Source: Macrostomum lignano (taxonomy: Eukaryota). Taken from it: a DNA stretch of 64,000 nucleotides. The notes under the pieces are model-generated. The model worked only from the letters and a program-made list of their open reading frames with translations, did no database searches and had not been told where the DNA came from. Position numbers and translations under genes: made by a program. Where the stretch lies: NCBI GenBank assembly GCA_002269645.1, contig NIVC01001539.1:62001-126000 (forward strand), read 5' to 3'. This document shows, one piece after another, positions 60,481 through 64,000 of the stretch (position 1 is its first letter; each line of letters starts with the position of its first letter).

Positions 60481-61024
60481 CATCTATAAGCTCCGCAAAC
60501 TACAGTCCTTTCATTTCTAATAATCTATGATATTAATATAAGGCAGTTACAGCAAAAATTATAGTTCCTGGTGTCCTTGAATTACGTCTTGTTGGCACTG
60601 CAGCGGCGTTTACACAATCGAGGGAACAGGCAAGTGGATAGTATTTGTTGCCAGGCGCGACCACTCAAACTGATAAGCCAGATGATGGTAACATACTTGT
60701 AACTTTGGGCATCCGGTTTGGTCAGCATTTTGTAAACGGAAGCAATTGTAAATTCTTGAATTTTGGTTTGGGCGCCAGGAAGATCAAGTGGATTGCTAGA
60801 CTGGCTGGTAGACAGCGGCTGGGATGGGACCAATGAATTAGGTCAGGTCAAATCTGGCAATTTAAACCACTGTTAACTGACTGTGCAGGCCTGGTGTAAA
60901 CACTTCCCACGATGGGATGAGGGAAATTGGATGGCTAATGGAAGATTGGGATTATGGGATAGCGCTGGAATGAATCACAGAGACCAACTATTTGACAGCG
61001 GCATAGGGAGACGCTGTCAGACAA

Positions 61025-62510
61025 CAGGGTGAGGCTCAGAAAGGGTGAGAGAGTGAGACAGAGTGAGATAGTGAGACAGGGGAAGAGAGTGAGCCAGGGT
61101 GAGAGAGTGAGACGGGGTGAGATAGTGAGACGGGGGAAGAGAGTGAGACGGGGTGAGATAGTGAGACAGAATGAGAGACAGGGTGAGAGAGTGAGACGGG
61201 GTGAGATAGTGAGACAGGGTGAGAGACAGGGTGAGAGAGTGAGACGGGGTGAGATAGTGAGACAGGGTGAGAGACAGGGAGAGAGAGTGAGACGGGGTGA
61301 AACAGTGAGACAGGGTGAGAGACAGGGAGAGAGAGTGAGACGGGGTGAAACAGTGAGACAGGGTGAGAGACAGGGAGAGAGAGTGAGACGGAGTGAAACA
61401 GTGAGACAGGGTGAGAGACAGGGAGAGAGAGTGAGACGGGGTGAGAGAGTGGGACAGGGTGAGAGACAGGGAGAGAGAGTGAGACGGGTGAGAGATTGGG
61501 ACAGGGTGAGAGACAGGGAGAGAGAGTGAGACGGGGTGAGATAATGAGTCAGGGTGAGAGACAGGGGAAGAGAGTGGGACAGGGTGAGACAGTGAGATAT
61601 GGTGAGAGAGTGAGACAGGGTGAGACAGTGAGACATGGTGAGAGAGTGAGACGGGGTGAGATAATGAGTCAGGGTGAGAGACAGGGAGAGAGAGTGAGAC
61701 GGGGTGAGATAGTGAGACAGGGTGAGAGACAGGGTGAGAGAGTGAGACGGGGTGAGATAGTGAGACAGGGTGAGAGACAGGGAGAGAGAGTGAGACGGGG
61801 TGAGAGAGTGGGACAGGGTGAGAGACAGGGAGAGAGAGTGAGACGGGTGAGATAATGAGTCAGGGTGAGAGACAGGGGAAGAGAGTGGGACAGGGTGAGA
61901 CAGTGAGATATGGTGAGAGAGTGAGACAGGGTGAGACAGTGAGACATGGTGAGAGAGTGAGACGGGGTGAGATAGTGAGACAGGGTGAGAGACAGGGTGA
62001 GAGAGTGAGACGGGGTGAGATAGTGAGACAGGGTGAGAGACAGGGAGAGAGAGTGAGACGGGGTGAGAGAGTGGGACAGGGTGAGAGACAGGGAGAGAGA
62101 GTGAGACGGGGTGAGAGATTGGGACAGGGTGAGACAGTGAGACATGGTGAGAGAGTGAGACGGGGTGAGAGAGTGGGACAGGGTGAGAGACAGGGAGAGA
62201 GAGTGAGACGGGGTGAGAGATTGGGACAGGGTGAGACAGTGAGACATGGTGAGAGAGTGAGACGGGGTGAGATAATGAGTCAGGGTGAGAGACAGGGGAA
62301 GAGAGTGGGACAGGGTGAGACAGTGAGATATGGTGAGAGAGTGAGACGGGGTGAGATAATGAGTCAGGGTGAGAGACAGGGGAAGAGAGTGGGACAGGGT
62401 GAGACAGTGAGATATGGTGAGAGAGTGAGACGGGGTGAGATAATGAGTCAGGGTGAGAGACAGGGGAAGAGAGTGAGACAGGGTGAGACAGTGAGACAAG
62501 GTGAGAGAGA
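61025..62510 (+). repeat. GA-rich composite satellite (GGGTGAGAGACAGGGAGAGAGAGTGAGACG)
   Basis: Directly visible. Confidence 0.95.
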
Positions 62511-62712
62511 GTAAAAAAAAGCTGACTGCTCTAGACAAAACGATGCTCCAAACTTCGGTGACCATTTCTGCCCAGAAAGGTGCATCAGTTCAGTAAAAAA
62601 GGCTACGAATTCTGGTAGTTAATTAAGCAATCAGCTGAACTGGTCTGTCCCAAGTTGGTTTAATTCAGATCGTTAATAAACTCCCGGATTTGCATCGGAT
62701 CGCTAGGCAGAC

Positions 62713-62859
62713 TTAATTAACGACTCCGCCTGGCTGCCAGTGGAGCAGAGAATGGCGAATCAAATGCAGCTCATCAAAGAGCTCATCAAAAATCTCCTGC
62801 TCGTACCCTGCCAACAGTCTAGGATTAAGAAGGTCCGGCCTGTCCTCCAAGCTATGAGA
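62713..62859 (-). CDS. Possible terminal coding exon of a minus-strand gene
   Basis: Acceptor CTCTTGCAG| then SHSLEDRPDLLNPRLLAGYEQEIFDELFDELHLIRHSLLHWQPGGVVN*. Unique DNA between two satellites. No family recognised. Confidence 0.3.
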   Translation of the reverse strand, partial: SHSLEDRPDLLNPRLLAGYEQEIFDELFDELHLIRHSLLHWQPGGVVN

Positions 62860-62904
62860 CTGCAAGAGTCTGCAAATTTATTCAACTGGCTTTCTGTCCC
62901 TGAG

Positions 62905-63560
62905 TCTCACTGTCTGACCCTGTCTCACTCTCACACTGTCTCACTCTCACCCTGTCGCACTCTCTCACCCTGTCTCACTCTCTCACCCTGTCTCACTGTC
63001 TCGCCCTGCCTCACTCTCTCGCCCCGTCTCACTCTCTCACCCTGTCTCACTGTCTCGCCCTGTCTCACTCTCACCCTGCCTCACTCTCTCGCCCCGTCTC
63101 ACTCTCTCGCCCCGTCTCACTCTCTCACCCTGTCTCACTGTCTCGCCCTGTCTCACTCTCACCCTATCTCACTCTCACCCTGTCTCACTCTCTCGCCCCG
63201 TCTCACTCTCTCACCCTGTCTCACTGTCTCGCCCTGTCTCACTCTCACCCTATCTCACTCTCACCCTGTCTCACTCTCTCACCCTGTCTCATTGTCTGAC
63301 CCTGTCTCACTCTCACCCTGTCTCACTGTCTGACCCTGTCTCACTCTCGCCCTGTCTCACTCTTTCACCCTGTCTCACTCTCACCCTGTCTCACTCTCAC
63401 CCTGTCTCACTCTCTCACCCTGTCTCACTCTCTCACCCTCTCTCACCCTATCTCACTCTCTCACCCTATCTCACTCTCTCACCCTATCTCACTCTCTCAC
63501 CCTATCTCACTCTCTCACCCTGTCTCACTCTCTCACCCTGTCCCTATTTCACTCATGGTC
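62905..63560 (-). repeat. Same satellite family as 61025-62510, in inverted orientation
   Basis: CCCTGTCTCACTCTCTCA is the reverse complement of TGAGAGAGTGAGACAGGG. Confidence 0.93.
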
Positions 63561-63691
63561 AGAGCCGTGACCATTAAGTCACGCTACTGATGCTGTCAAT
63601 CGCACATCAAAACACCAGCAGCCACACAGTTGCTTGCATCTCGCGCACAAGCCCTACAAGAGACTGTCAGTTCCCCCAGCCCATACTCGTA

Positions 63692-64000
63692 ATTACTTAC
63701 TTACTTACTACTGACGGGGGGCGCAGGCGCCGCGAATAGGCCGCGAGGCCCCTATCGCAACCCCAAGGTAAAAGAGCACAAGGATTAGCCTTGGGGGTGC
63801 GCCCAGTCCCCGCCAGTAGTCGGCAGGTCCGCAGTGGAGGCATCGGCGACCCTCATCCGGCCGGAGTCCCGGACGAAGGCGCGGAGGTCTCGGATATTGT
63901 CCGCGGTGGTCAGCTCGTCCATCCGCTGGGGTGGCCGAGGTATTTGTGCCGCGCCTTGTTGAAGTAAGGGCAGAAGGTGACGTGATGCTCCGCGGTCTCC
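63692..64000 (-). mobile_element. 3' end of a LINE (CCHC-type ORF2 terminus) with (TAAG)n tail; continues beyond the window
   Basis: Minus strand reads [22 protein letters not shown]..., then a GC-rich, hairpin-forming 3' UTR and GTAAGTAAGTAAGTAA. Confidence 0.75.

Noticed and set aside
60582-60836. Short ORFs with a hydrophobic stretch (possible GPCR exon)
   Set aside because: No convincing splice sites or family motifs.
60935-63333. ORFs of 120-300 aa (RQGER/LTLSP repeats)
   Set aside because: Translations of the GA/CT satellite.

Overview
Eukaryotic (animal) genomic DNA: GC-rich exons in AT-rich, satellite-packed introns and intergenic DNA. The style suggests a free-living flatworm such as Macrostomum (inference, unverified). 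Host genes: a partial acidic-protein exon and a truncated duplicate (-, 1-574 and 2504-2802), a small TM+RING-HC gene (-, 4213-4539), a small single-TM protein resembling Drosophila CG30415/roh (+, 28426-28695), a six-exon ankyrin-repeat gene (+, 42665-50767) and a strongly divergent ETS-domain gene (-, 52162-55070, possibly with upstream exons). Mobile DNA: a 5'-truncated RTE-clade LINE with an 11-bp TSD; a Foldback/MULE-like element with a 9-bp TSD and a nested MITE; a 14-kb head-to-tail array of five non-autonomous Helitron-like elements, three carrying large satellite blocks; a young full-length Ty3/gypsy element (29009-39427, CTTT TSD) with two unusual Pol insertions; two LINE 3' ends; a CORE-type SINE remnant; and further MITEs. 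Most long ORFs in the track are artefacts of tandem repeats. Repeated single-base deletions in otherwise intact coding sequence suggest assembly indel errors. No prokaryotic features, rRNA, intact tRNA or CRISPR array were found.
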